64,000 bases of DNA from Octopus sinensis (Eukaryota), in NCBI RefSeq assembly GCF_006345805.1, contig NC_043011.1:9920001-9984000 (forward strand), written 5' to 3'. Shown in pieces: positions 1 through 12,773 of the stretch. Under the pieces are notes generated by a model. It was not told the DNA's origin. It was given only the letters and a program-made list of their open reading frames with translations, and ran no database searches. Each line of letters begins with the position of its first letter. The first letter of the stretch is position 1. The position numbers and the translations under genes are program-made.

Positions 1-14
1 CTTAATCTTATTTC

Positions 15-59
15 GGCCAGAGTTCTTTCGTCACACTCCTTTGACCGCATCAGTGGTCT
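15..59 (-). ncRNA. Type I hammerhead-like motif (variant core) in left PLE arm
   Basis: Minus strand reads AGACCA-CUGAUGC-G-GUCA(aaggagug)UGAC-GAAA-G-AA-CUC-UGGCC; mirror copy of 2005-2049. Confidence 0.5.
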
Positions 60-378
60 TTTGTTTTCTTCTTTCTTATTTGTGTCTCTCCTTACTAACC
101 GTCAGCCGTTTTGTATTTCTATTGTATGTCTTCTTTTGCACATGCTTATATCTCTATGTGCGTCTATGTTTATTTAGTGTGTGTGTGGGGGGGGGATGCC
201 TGTAATATTTGTATCTTCTGTTTATATACGTTCATGTAATTTGCTTTTGTTTTTGTTGATTCTTATTTTGTTCATGTGTTTACATCCACTTATTATTATC
301 ATTACATATGCTTGTATGTATGTATGTATGTATAACAACAATACTAGTAATAATAATAATAAATTAAAAAAAAAAACT

Positions 379-787
379 TCTTTACTCTTTTGCTCTTTTA
401 CTTGTTTCAGTCATTTGACTGCGGCCATACTGGAGCACCGCCCCATGTCGAGCAAATCGACCCCGGGACTTATTCTTTGTAAGCCCAGTACTTATTCTAT
501 CATTCTCTTTTGCCGAACTGCTATGTGACGGGGACGTAAACACACCAGCGTCAGTTGTCAATCAATGCTAGGGGGACAAACACAGACACACAAACACATA
601 CACACACATACATATATATATATATACGACAGGCTTCTTTCAGTTTCTGTCAACCAAATCCACTCACAAGGCATTGGTCGGCCCGGGGCTATAGCAGAAG
701 ACACTTGCCCAAGATGCCACGCAGTGGGACTGAACCCAGAACCATGTGGTTGGTTAGCAAGGTACTTACCACACAGCCACTCCTGCG
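379..787 (-). mobile_element. tRNA-derived SINE with internal microsatellite, inserted into the left PLE arm
   Basis: Minus-strand head with A-box-like TGGCTGTGTGG and B-box-like GGTTCAGTCC, central CTTGGGCAAGTGTCTTC segment, internal (TA)/(TG) run and AAAGAG(T/C) repeat tail. Absent from the right arm. Confidence 0.8.
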
Positions 788-1222
788 TTATTTATTTATT
801 TATTTCTATTTGTTTATTTATCTGTGTATTTATTATGTTTTCGGGATCCTCTACCGTCATATGTTGTGGTGTGTGCTAGTGTTCCATTCCAGTTTCCTAT
901 TCAGGCTAGGTTTATTTTCTATTATGTGTGTAGCTTCTGTAATTTGTCTGATTGTTGCATCTGTTCTATGTGTGGACAATATTTTAATTTCTATGTTGTT
1001 GATTGGTCCCCCATGTTCCTGTTCGGCGTGTTGGTACAGAATCGATGAGCTTTTACCTTCCTTGAGTTCTTTCATATGTTCATTTACCCTCTCTCCTATG
1101 CTTCTTGCCATTTCCCCAACGTATGTTATTGTCTTGTTACTGCATCGTCCCTCTATACATCTTAAACTATAGACTACATTTCTGGCTATACGGATTAGTA
1201 CTGTGCTGTATGTAGATTTAGC

Positions 1223-2063
1223 CCACAAACAAACTGTAAAGCCAGAAATGTAGTCTATAGTTTAAGATGTATAGAAGGACGATGCAGTAACAAGACGACA
1301 TACGTAGGGGAAACGGCAAGAAGCATAGGAGAGCGGGTAAATAAACATATGAAAGAACTCAAGGAAGGTAAAAGCTCATCGATTCTGTACCAACACGCCA
1401 AACAGGAACACGGGGGACCAATCAACAACATAGAAATTAAAATATTGTCCACACATAGAACAGATGCAACAATCAGACAAATTACAGAAGCTACACACAT
1501 AATAGAAAATAAACCTAGCCTGAATAGGAAACTGGAATGGAACACTAGCACACACCACAACATATGACGGTAGAGGATCCCAATAAACTGGTTACAATAT
1601 AAACAAAACCGAAAGCATAATAAATAAAATACACAGATAAATAAACAAATAGAAATAAATAACTATATAAATTGTTTTTTTTAATTTAAAAGATGTTTTA
1701 AATTTATTATTATTATTACTAGTATTGTTGTTATACATACTTACAAGCATATGTAATGATAATAATAAGTGGATGTAAACACATGAACAAAATAAGAATA
1801 AACAAAAACAACAAAAACAAAAACAAATTACATGAACGTATATAAACAGAAGATACAAATATTACAGGCATCCCCCCCACACACACACTAAATAAACATA
1901 GTCGCACTTAGAGATATAAGCATGCCCAAAAGAAGACATACAATAGAAATACAAAACGGCTGACAGTTAGTAAGGAGAGACACAAATAAGAAGAAGAAAA
2001 CAAAGGACCACTGATGCGGTCACAGGAGTGTGACGAAAGAACTCTGGCCGAAATAAGATTAAG
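1223..2063 (+). mobile_element. Penelope-like element 3' fragment (right arm): GIY-YIG endonuclease end plus 3' UTR/pseudo-LTR
   Basis: Frame from 1223 reads PQTNCKARNVVYSLRCIEGRCSNKTTYVGETARSIGERVNKH...KPSLNRKLEW with TGA at 1565-1567. It is 5'-truncated and followed by an A-rich UTR containing a hammerhead-like motif. Confidence 0.85.
2005..2049 (+). ncRNA. Type I hammerhead-like motif (variant core) in PLE 3' region
   Basis: GGACCA(2005-10) CUGAUGC(2011-17) G, stem II GUCAC/GUGAC, GAAA(2035-38), minimal stem III AG/CU, triplet CUC(2042-44), stem I partner UGGCC. Confidence 0.55.
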
Positions 2064-3181
2064 ATTAATGTAAAAAATAATTAACACTGAAGCAAAGTAA
2101 CACGAAATATATAGTGCGAGTGTTTTTATTGGCTAAACTGGCAAAATGACCATTCCGAAATATAACAATATCTGTTTCAACACATGACTTCACATAAAAA
2201 ATTTTGCACAACAAATATATAAATGTACTATATATATATATACATATACATATATTTACAAATTGAGATAGGGGTTGTAAATGCAACCCTCCATGTACGG
2301 ATGTATGTTTTTCTTATACATATGAGTACGCAGGTGCGTATTTGGATATGTATATATGTACATGCAAATATTTATTCATGGGTGGATATAAGTATAGATT
2401 TTATTTGTACATATGAGTGCGCAGATATATATTTAAATATGTATATATGTGTGTGTGAATGTTCCCTGATACAGTATATGAGAGTGTATTAATATTTATG
2501 AGTATATGCTGATGTACGTGTGAGTGTGTGTGTTAGTGTATAGACACTGCTGCCTGTACTGATTTGTCTATAAGCCATGCGATGACAGACATACACTCTG
2601 CAATCTAGTGAATGTGTAGGGATGTGTCGGGGTGTATTCATGTGTGTGTGCATGTATGTGTGGAGTTTTATGTGGACGTGTGGGTTTAGGGTTCGATGTG
2701 GATGTGTATGTTTTTCCTGTGCGGTGTGGTGGAGGTCGGGCGGCTCTCAGTGAACCAACCGTGACGAAGACAATGATAATTTAAATTCAAATCCAATAGT
2801 GTATTTATGTCATAAGGAAAATTACTAACTGGAACCCGGACATACATATGTGCCACTTTGGATCCTAATGTAAGTGTTATCAATAATATTATGAATGATA
2901 ATAATGGTAGCATTAATGGTATTGATAACGATAATGATGCTAACTTTAATGACACTTTGGAAATTAGTAGGAAGTAATATAATGTACTATTGACTATGTA
3001 TATTTGCATCTAGGTACTAATATGTGTATGTTTATTATCACAATATTAAGTTGAAAAACTGAAACATTGAATGAGGAACATATATATGTTTACTAATTTA
3101 TATTATTTATTTACATCATTATGTATATGTATATTTTTATATGTATAGGAGTGTGAGTATATGCACTCATATGTATATGTA

Positions 3182-3310
3182 TATCTCCGAAAAGGCCTTG
3201 TGATATTTTTGTAAATGTCTCATTTATATCTATATATTGACCTACCATAAAAGGCTAATATTGGTAAAATGAGACATACTTATCTACATGGCCGAAACAG
3301 CTGTAAGATG
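3182..3310 (+). ncRNA. Degenerate hammerhead-like motif with long stem II
   Basis: Stem I UAUCU/AGAUG, mutated core CCGAAAA, stem II GGCC/GGCC enclosing a perfect 11-bp helix (3215-3225 with 3267-3277), GAAA, palindromic ACAGCUGU stem III, GUA triplet. Confidence 0.4.
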
Positions 3311-3493
3311 TAATCTATACTTATATTTATATTTACTTATATTTATATTTACTTATATTTATATTCTCTTTTTTATATATATTCTACTTATTATACAACA
3401 TTACTCTTTTATGTACACTTTTTTATGCACATTCCTTTATGTACACTGATTTGTTCTACTTTTTATGTTTAACCCTACAGTCTCTTATGTGGT

Positions 3494-3612
3494 GGTTTAA
3501 TAAAGTATGTGATTGAGTATTATCTGGTAATTGATATTTGATTTAGATGTATTTCTCCATTTTCTTATCTTGTATACATATACATATATATATATATACA
3601 TATATATATACA

Positions 3613-3666
<54 letters not shown>

Positions 3667-3720
3667 TTTATATATACACACACAGACACACACACATATG
3701 TAAGTATGTATATACACATA
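3494..3720 (+). repeat. Interspersed-repeat 3' terminus followed by (AT)n/(AC)n microsatellite
   Basis: 3494-3576 aligns by eye with 24059-24140 (GGTTTAATAAAGTAT...TATTATCTG...GATTTAG...TATTTCTCCATTTTCT...TTGTATA). Confidence 0.6.
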
Positions 3721-5242
3721 CATACTTGTTAATTCTATTTGTGGCAGAATATTCTAATGAGGCAAAGATAGCCTAAGGTTTGGTGTGAGGGGCCAAATGT
3801 CAGATGGTCATTTTTAAGTTAAAATGTTGCTGCAGTCATTATGAATTGCCTCTGAGCAAAGCCCACAACACAGCATGTCTCAGGCTGCCTGGCTGACAAC
3901 AAGCTCCACTCCTATGGTTTGGAAGGTCAACATTTTCTAAATAAAGAATACATCAATTTATGAATTTATATGAGTGTGGAGAGAGGGTGGAGATAGAGAT
4001 AGAGAAAGAAATAGAGATAGCAGAGAAAGAGAGAAAGCAGAGAAAGAAAGAGAGAGAGAGAGAGGGGGTGTGTGTGTCAGTCAGAGAAAGTGGAAAGTTC
4101 AAAGAGAAGCAAGGAATGTCTAAGTCTTTCTCAAAGTATATTTGGCAAAGGACATAACTGAAAATGAAAGATGAAGTAAGAGTGAGTCAAAATCTCTGCC
4201 AAAGAACGGAAAAAATAAAACAAAAAATGTAAGAAAAATACTGAAAGAAACAAAAATACTGGCGAAAAATAACAGCAGTAAAAATAACAGACACACACAT
4301 AAATGTGTGTGTCTGTATATGTGTATATTATATATATATATATATATACATATATGTATTAAATATATATTTATGAATCTATGTACACTGTAGATATATG
4401 AAATATACATATAATAATAACAATGATGACAAAAAATAAGAGATAAGTTATTGAACAAAATATTGTGGAGAAAATGGCTGTTCAGGAGGGGTGGGAAGAG
4501 ACAAAGAAATCAGACATGGAATCTTTTCAACAATGACATACATATACAGTAGATATACACACATGCACACACACACACACAAAGAAACATTACGTACATA
4601 TACACATATACATACATACACATATATATATATATATATATACACACAATGTATGTTTTAAAGTGGGAAAAAATTCAGCAATGTCTTCTTGTTTTTTTCC
4701 TTCCCCCAACACAATTACATAAGTAACTACTGCAAATCCTATCCACCCATGAACCTCACCCCTCGACAGATAATGTCAAATAATAACATTTTCGTTGTTG
4801 TTACAATTTTAGTTTCAATTTTAAATGTAAATTCTAAATAAAACTCCATCAATCAAGAAATATTGGACCATTCCAACTAGGATTGTCCAAACAGACTCAC
4901 ATTTACAATGTTTATGATGTTCGTCTTGGTTATTAGCTTATGTCTGTTCCCTGCCAATCCAGTAATGTCTGTCCAGACTGAACATTTACAGTCCACACAC
5001 AATGGAAGACACAGCAAAATACCTCGTGGGTGTGTGTGCATGCATGTATGTTTATACAAACATACATATATATATACATATACACATACACATGCATACA
5101 TACACATACATATACATACATATACACATGCATATACATACATACATATATATACACACACAATGTCTTCAGGCTAAATTTGACAGATTGCATAAAAGGA
5201 AAAAAAAGCACAATATTCCCATATTATTGTTGTTGTTGTTGT

Positions 5243-5575
5243 TATGGCAAGCTGGCAGAATCGTTAGTGTGTTGGATAGAATGCTTCAATAGCATTTCTT
5301 CTAACTTTACATTCTGTGTTCAAATGCCGTCAGCGTCAACTTTGCTTTCAACCTTTCAAGATTGATAAAATAAGTACCAGATGAAATCGACTTACTTCCT
5401 TCTCCAAAATTGCTGGCATTGTGCCAAAATTTGAAACCATTATTATTATGATTAAGGTAGTGTTCTGGCAGAGTCATTAGCATGCTGGGAGTATTTCGCC
5501 TGTCTTTCTGTTCTGAGTTCAAATTCTGCAGAGGTTGACTTTGCCTTTTACCCCTTTGGCCTTGTGCCACTGATA
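5243..5575 (+). mobile_element. Two adjacent copies of a second SINE family (GCTGGCAGAATCGTTAG head)
   Basis: Matches the copies at 32354 and 61191 (CTGAGTTCAAAT, ACTTTGCCTTT, ATAAGTACCAG, AAATTTGAAACC). Confidence 0.75.
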
Positions 5576-5577
5576 AG

Positions 5578-6865
5578 CATCATCGTCATTTAAGGTCCGT
5601 TGTCCATGTGGGCGTGGGTTGGATGGTTTGACCAGAGCTGATGAGCTGAAGAGCTGTACCAGATTCCAGTCTGATTTGGCATGGTTTCTACAGCTTCTAC
5701 CTTCCTAACATGCCAACCACTTTACAAAGTGTGCTGGGTACTTTTATGTGGCTCCACCACAGGACTCTTACAGGTCAATCCTCCCGGCTCCAGGGGTGCT
5801 GGTCTTAACACTTCAGCTGTGGAGTGTGGATCTTCTTGAGTATAGCAAGGCATCAGGTATCTTGGTCCTTTTTCATCTCACCTGAAAGATTCAGCATCCG
5901 GAGGTCATTCTTCAGTACTCCGTCCCATATCTTTCTGGGTCTTCCACTTTCACATGTCCCATCTACTTTGAGACATTGGCACTTCTTTATGGAGCCGTCA
6001 GCATCCATCCAAATCACATGACCAAACCAGTGCAGTCTTCTCTGTTGCACACAGCAACCAATTCCCCTTATGCCGAACTTCTCTCTCAATACACTAGCAC
6101 TCTTCTGTCAAACATGTCTACTTACATTACACATCCAACAGAGCCTCATTTTTCACTAACCTTTGCATATCCTTTGCATTCAAGGCCCACGTCTTACGAC
6201 CATGTAGCATTGTTGTCTATATACGTGCATCATACAATCTTCCTTTCACTCAGATCAAGAAACCTCCATCCTATTCTTATTTTAGCTATCATACTCTCCA
6301 TGCATCCTCCCCCCATTACTAATTTGGTCCCCTAGGTGCCAGAAATTACCCACTACCTCTAATGAACCCCAAGGGCATTTCAGAAAATCAATCTCCCAAG
6401 TCTCTATAGTTTCTATGGATCCTGTGCATCTTCCACATATGACCTTCTCTGATAACCTTCATATTAATCCACTGCACCTCTTGTGTGTCCATAGCTTTCA
6501 CTGGGTACATTGTATGGAGTTCCTGCCTACACTTTTCCAACTAATTAAAAAGGCCACAGACCTGAAGGGCGTAGGGTCCTGTTGTTTCCTTGCTTACTAG
6601 GACTTTAGTCTTTGCTAAGTTAACTTTAAGGCCCTTAGATTCCAGGTTTTGTGCCCACACCTGGAATTTCTCTACTAGCTCTGATATGGAATCTGCTAAG
6701 AGGACAAGATCATCAATAATATAGTAGTAGTTCCCAGGGGCTGCCAGTCTTGAATTCCTCTGTTATGGCCCAGAGGACACTAAGGAAATGGAGGGGATGG
6801 AGGACTGAGCCCTGATGAACCACTACCTGTACACCAAATTCTTCGGTATACTCACTGGGGGTGAT
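5578..6865 (-). mobile_element. RTE-clade LINE, 5'-truncated and degenerate, with 3' tail
   Basis: Minus-strand ORF 5853-6089 QQRRLHWFGHVIWMD...KVDGTCESGRPRKIWDGV; RT remnants (EEFKTGSPWEL...DDLVLLA) near 6700-6860; (CAT)n tail at the left end; homologous to 28536-30310. Confidence 0.85.
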
Positions 6866-9800
6866 CTAATTGACTGGTCCCCTCCCATCTAATTGACCAG
6901 TCTCAGGCCTTGTACCTATAGCAGAAAGGATTATTATTATGCCACCAAAAGTGGCTTTATCTTTCATCTTTTTCAACATCAATAAAATAAAGAAGAACCA
7001 CTCAAGCACTGAGCGTCAAAAAATAACAGACCTTGTGCCAAAATGAGAAAAATTATTATCATTATTATCATTATCATTATTATCATTATTATTATTATTA
7101 TTATTATTATTTGCAACATTATCAAAAACTGGATGTTCATATTTCTTTATCTCATTTTCCAGGAAGTAACAAATGTTTGTTAATTCCTCCCATACGCCTG
7201 TTTTTCCAACAGTATAAACTGCCATTCTTTAAAACAGAATTGTCTTTTTATTATCTTTTTAAATATTCCAGGACAAAAACAGAAAACCACAGCGAGTGAG
7301 AGGAGCAACCCCACCGACCAAATAAGTAAAGGTTAAATACGATATTCATATTGGTTTGAAATTTCTCAACTAAACTATAAAACATGGTTTTTATAGAAAG
7401 ATGAATTGATATAAAACAAGAACAACAATAACATTAATAAAGATTGTAATTAGAAAAAGAAAGATGTGATTATGAATGGTGTAAAAGTTATAGATAATAT
7501 CTAAACTCATTTGTGTTGGTTTCTGATTATCTGAAGCCTTAATCACTTTAGCTTGACCAGGTATCTACACCTGTTGTACAAGCTTGGTTAAGGGTTTTGT
7601 AAAAGATTGCCAAGTGCTCAACCCTAAACCTCTCCAAACCTCTGATGTTGGCCAAGAGAAAGGCCACTGTTTTATGGTTGACACAACTTGGCATCTGTGT
7701 CATCACAGTTGGTGGTCTCAGAATGTAAAACTCTGGAACAGATAATGCCAACCATTTTATTCACCTCTTTTAACAGTTTGATAATCCACTGTCTTGAATT
7801 AGTACATTTTTTTCTCATCTCCAAGGACATATGTAGAGTTCTTTAATTAAAAACAACCTACATATTCTAGAATCATTCTCAGATCTGGCAGTAAACCATT
7901 AGACTGGGCTCTGCTGATGAGGTTTAATAAGATAGAAACACATCCAAAGAATGTCCTGCTAAGGAAAAGGGTCATTCCCTACTATATTCTTGTTTAAATA
8001 TAGAGTTGTCCCCTTTATATATTTCTTAACCAAAATTGGTCCTGAAATAATGATTTTTTTTCTCTCCACTAAAAATGTCATCTTCATCTTTTAAATCTAC
8101 TTTTTCATGTTGGCATGGGTTGGAAGGAACATGACTGTACTTATTTGGAGTCACTAACCTCCTGTGCACATCAGAGACCATAGCTTTGTCATATATTACA
8201 TGTTTGGCTGGTCCCCCGGAACTGGATGCTCTTCCTAACACCACCTACTTTATTGAGAAGTTGTCTTGTCCCCATTACAACTAAAAAGCTCTTGCTACCC
8301 CACCATCACTCTCTTCGTCCACAAACCCCTTTACAGGATCTACAATGTGTATTTTATTGTCCTCCCAGCACTTGTAGGATTGCTTCAATCCTCATAATTT
8401 TAATTAGAATTTCTTTGGCTCATTACGTTACCGATATTAAAACCAACATTTCTGGTGTTGAAATATCGTCACAAACAGCAGTTATTGTGTGATTCCCTTT
8501 CATGATCCTCAATGAAGGTACATGGCCTCCTCGCAGTTAGGGGTTGGGCTCACAATCTTAAGGTTATGAGTTTGATCACTAGATTGGATAGTATATTGTG
8601 CCCTTGAGCAAGGCACTTCATTTTCCCGTTACTTCAGTCAGTTACAAAAGAAGTAACAGTCCAGGACTGGTGGAGCCACCTTTCTTTTTCCCCACCACAC
8701 CCAACTGTCACATCCAGAATGTTCTGTTGGTTAGGAAGACGGAGAAGGGCTCTCCATCTGTTCAAGACCCCTAAAACTATTAACCAAAACATGCTACCAG
8801 GTGACTATCACTTGCCAGTGATGGCCAAGGTTATTTTCTGTCCTCTACTTCAATACTCAACTACATCAATCACTAGAGCATCTCCATTAAACCCCAGCCA
8901 ATTCTCATCTATTTTTAGTTGCTATCATGCTCAGCCTTTCCCATTCAAAGTGGTTCACAGACTTCCATAAATATATTTAAACTCATCATAAAGAGATCAA
9001 GTTATTGGATTAATAATGTTCTTTCCAGATGTTCTCCCAATTGTTAATAAATCTAAAAAGGTAAATTAAGTAATTAACTTAAGTAATCTATAAATTAGGC
9101 TAAGTAATTATAGCTATATGGCTGCCAATTAATGTTTTAGCAAACCAGCAAATAGACTTGTGAATGTCCATCATAAGAATTGACATTCGTAATCCAGCTT
9201 TACTGAAACTGACAGTCATTGGGTGGAACAAAGCAGCAGACATCTTCTTCTAGGTTTCACTCTTTGTTCGTCCAAACTACTTTATTTCAAAGTCGCTCTA
9301 AGCCTCTTTCTGATTTGGTTTACTATCAATCCATTAGAGAGGATCTTTCAACTATCATCATCATCATCACCACCACCATCATCACCACAAACATCCCCGG
9401 TGATGTCCATTATATAAGAACAAACATAAAAACAGATTCATTGAATTTCAACTTGCCCTTCTTAGTTCAGTTCAACATTATTGATTTAAACAGAGATCAA
9501 TAAAAGTGAACGAACCAATAAAACATTGATTGGAATAATTTACAACATTTAGTTTCACTACATGCTGGTCAGAGTTCAAGTCTCATGTGGGTCGTAGTCA
9601 TTGTTTGGCATTGAAAATAATACCAGAAACATACTGGGGTCAGTTTCCTACATCACATCTTCCAACCTGGTCAGTAAAATATTGGTAATGTGCTGCCATT
9701 ACTAAGAATACTTCATCCAATCAGCTCTCTCTCTCTCTCTCTCTCTGAATAACTCTGTTATTCACTGGGAAAAGACAGCAAAACCCTGTAAAGAGTCATC

Positions 9801-9949
9801 TCTTTATATCTGGGGTCACTTCACATACAAAGTCCCCTTATAGCTGAAGTCAGTCATCCCTGCCATTTAATCTGCTGTAGCAGCTTTAAAAAACAAAAAC
9901 TCTTCACAAAGCCGCCACCGCATACCACCACCACTAGGATTTTCCCTTT

Positions 9950-10345
9950 CACCCCACCCTTAACAGTGCCCTGAAGAATGGTTTGGGACAAGGAGCTGTA
10001 GAAGGACACATGACCATCCCAGGCAAGCTTTCATCTTTTTACCTGAGCAAGGAATGGTCCATGTCTGCCAGCCTGTTTGTTGAATTGCTACTTTACAAAG
10101 CTGTTCATTCTGTAGAGGATGGGAAACAGCCTTCTGAAGCGTTGGGCCTCAAATGTCTGGATTCTTCACTGCACGTCAGCTGTAAGAGTCCAGCTCTCAC
10201 ACCCATACCAAAAGGATCAAAGTCACCAAAGGACTTGTACATGCTGAGTCTTGTTGGAAACCTAATGGAATTACTTTTCCATAAAGTGTTCAGCTTCATC
10301 ACAGCAGCAGAGGCTAAACCAAGTCTTCACGAAGATAATTAACAC
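9950..10345 (-). mobile_element. RTE-clade LINE ORF2 C-terminal fragment (different family)
   Basis: Frameshifted pieces MMKLNTLWKSNSIRFPTRLSMYKS, YGCESWTLTAD and KLAWDGHV...SLSQTILQGTVKG, typical of RTE/BovB-like C-termini. Confidence 0.75.
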
Positions 10346-11122
10346 TACAAAGAGATGTCAGTTGCTAAATGCTACTTTGTTCTTCTTCTAACAGGTCTAT
10401 GATGGAAGACATTTGTGCCATCACCATCAGATCTTTTATTGAGACACATCTATCTAGGACTGCATTAACTAAAGTCATTCAATTTTTTCAAGCAGAAAGT
10501 TTTAGCTGTTATTTCTAGCAAGTAAAGTGGGCACATGTAGAGACTCCTGAAGTGATTCATTATTTCATTACCGATTATTGAATTACTGCAACCAATAAGG
10601 AATTCTAAATTATACAACCTCAACTATTCACTTCCTCTCTATTTTAGTGAAAGTTTTTTGTCTTTGGACAAAGTATGGTTTGCTTCAGTGATTCAGACAA
10701 AACATGTCTCTCCTCTTCACAGTTGAGTGACCAGATATAATGTGACCACTAATCAACCAAATAATTATTGGTTCCAACAATTTGAATTGACAAATTCACT
10801 GAAACCATTTCAGTTATGGCGGCGGCAGAGGAGAGGGGGGGAGGAAGAGCAAAGCAATTCGAAAACAAAGCAAAAATATTATTTCATACAATCAACAGAG
10901 TTTAATTTGTAAATATACTTAATGAAGTTGCAAGGACAGGAAGCATAATTGAAGAGTGTTGTGTGGAGGACAATCGACTGAATTACTACCTGACAAGTTC
11001 ATGGTGTGGGGGAGTGGGGGGATTAAATTACACCTGTTCTTATAAGTCCCTTGTTTGTATTAAAGTGCATCGATGTGTCATTCAAAATATTTTCTTCTTT
11101 AGAATTTCAATATATGTTGAGA

Positions 11123-12040
11123 ATATGGGTGTTTATGGGAAGTGTATATATGGGTGTTTATGGGAAGTGTATATATGGGTGTTTATGGGAAGTGTATATA
11201 TGGGTGTTTATGGGAAGTGTATATATGGGTGTTTATGGGAAGTGTATATATGGGTGTTTATGGGAAGTGTATATATGGGTGTTTATGGAAGCGTATATAT
11301 GGGTGTTTATGGGAAGCGTATATATGGGTGTTTATGGGATGTATATATGGGTGTTTATGGGAAGTGTATATATGGGTTGTTTATGGGAAGTGTATATATG
11401 GGTGTTTATGGGAAGTGTATATATGGGTGTTTATGGGAAGTGTATATATGGGTGTTTATGGGAAGTGTATATATGGGTGTTTATGGGAAGTGTATATATG
11501 GGTGTTTATGGAAGTGTATATATGGGTGTTTATGGGAAGTGTATATATGGGTGTTTATGGGAAGTGTATATATGGGTGTTTATGGGAAGTGTATATATGG
11601 GTGTTTAGGGAAGTGTATATATGGGTGTTTATGGAAGTGTATATATGGGTGTTTATGGAAGTGTATATATGGGTGTTTATGGGAAGTGTAATATGGGTGT
11701 TTATGGGAAGTGTATATATGGGTGTTTATGGGAAGTGTATATATGGGTGTTTATGGGAAGTGTATATATGGGTGTTTATGGGAAGTGTATATATGGGTGT
11801 TTATGGGAAGTGTATATATGGGTGTTTATGGGAAGTGTATATATGGGTGTTTATGGGAAGTGTATATATGGGTGTTTATGGGAAGTGTATATATGGGTGT
11901 TTATGGGAAGTGTATATATGGGTGTTTATGGGAAGTGTATATATGGGTGTTTATGGGAAGTGTATATATGGGTGTTTATGGGAAGTGTATATATGGGTGT
12001 TTATGGGAAGTGTATATATGAGTGTTTATGGGAAGTGTAT
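11123..12040 (+). repeat. 25-bp minisatellite, about 36 units (ATATGGGTGTTTATGGGAAGTGTAT)
   Basis: Direct reading: 25-nt period with occasional 1-nt indels. It generates the spurious repetitive ORFs at 10963-12062. Confidence 0.97.
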
Positions 12041-12460
12041 AGAGAAGATCCAGGCTGAGTGAAGAAAGGCTGTGCATATGTATAGAGAAAGAAATGTTGG
12101 AAGCTGGATTAGAGATTTTGATGTTGAGCTGATGTGAGATTTTGCAAAGGATTTGGCAAACCTCAAATACCTGAGTGAAACCCCAACCGAGGCAGAAAAC
12201 GAGATTATGGTGAAGGTGATAACATTGAGAAGGACAACAACAGATGGTGGTGGTTTGTTTTAACAGAGCTATGTTTACAAGGAACAAAATGCAGTAAACA
12301 TCCTCAACACAAACAATAAGATCGGTAACAACATCAACTACAACAACACCAATAACAACTACAATCTAAACCTAAAAGGCCACTACTCTCTACAAGGAGT
12401 ATCATCGAGTGAAGTAGCACTCTGAACTACTGAGTTGACCTTGAGTAATATCCAACTTAC

Positions 12461-12505
12461 CTAATGTCTCTACTTGAGGAGTGCAATACAGAAGAAGGCT
12501 GCTCA
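12461..12505 (-). CDS. Candidate 45-nt internal micro-exon, gene unidentified
   Basis: Acceptor TTGTTTGTTTCCTTTGTAG, donor AG|GTAAGT, length divisible by 3, two open frames (EQPSSVLHSSSRDI or SSLLLYCTPQVETL). No homology recognised. Confidence 0.35.
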
Positions 12506-12660
12506 CTACAAAGGAAACAAACAACATCATTTACACGGATTGTCCCCGTTTTTAGTCACAATTAAGCTTCCTTAACCCAAAGTCGCTTCTCATCACAAGC
12601 GTCTGCTTTCTTTCAATCACTTTTATTCCCAACAACCAATTCAAGAATTTCTGAGATTTA

Positions 12661-12696
<36 letters not shown>

Positions 12697-12739
12697 AAGT
12701 ATCAAGTCTTGACCACACTGCTTACCATGGGGATGAGCA

Positions 12740-12773
<34 letters not shown>

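Larger units (their letters stand above)
1..1187 (-). mobile_element. Penelope-like element 3' fragment (left arm of an inverted pair; runs off the window edge; interrupted by a SINE)
   Basis: Reverse complement of 1240-2063 (1-40 mirrors 2024-2063). Minus-strand ORF 857-1228 encodes a GIY-YIG domain: ARNVVYSLRC...YVGEMARSIGERVNEH...RQITEATHIIENKPSLN. Confidence 0.85.

Noticed and set aside
7914-7950. CTGATGAGG...GAAAC hammerhead-like words (similar at 35665 and 44667)
   Set aside because: Stem II or stem I cannot be formed, or the core is missing; chance matches.
10963-12062. Long ORFs (up to 306 aa) of repeating MGVYGKCIYGCLWEVYIWVF
   Set aside because: Translations of the 25-bp minisatellite; open in several frames only because the unit lacks stop codons.
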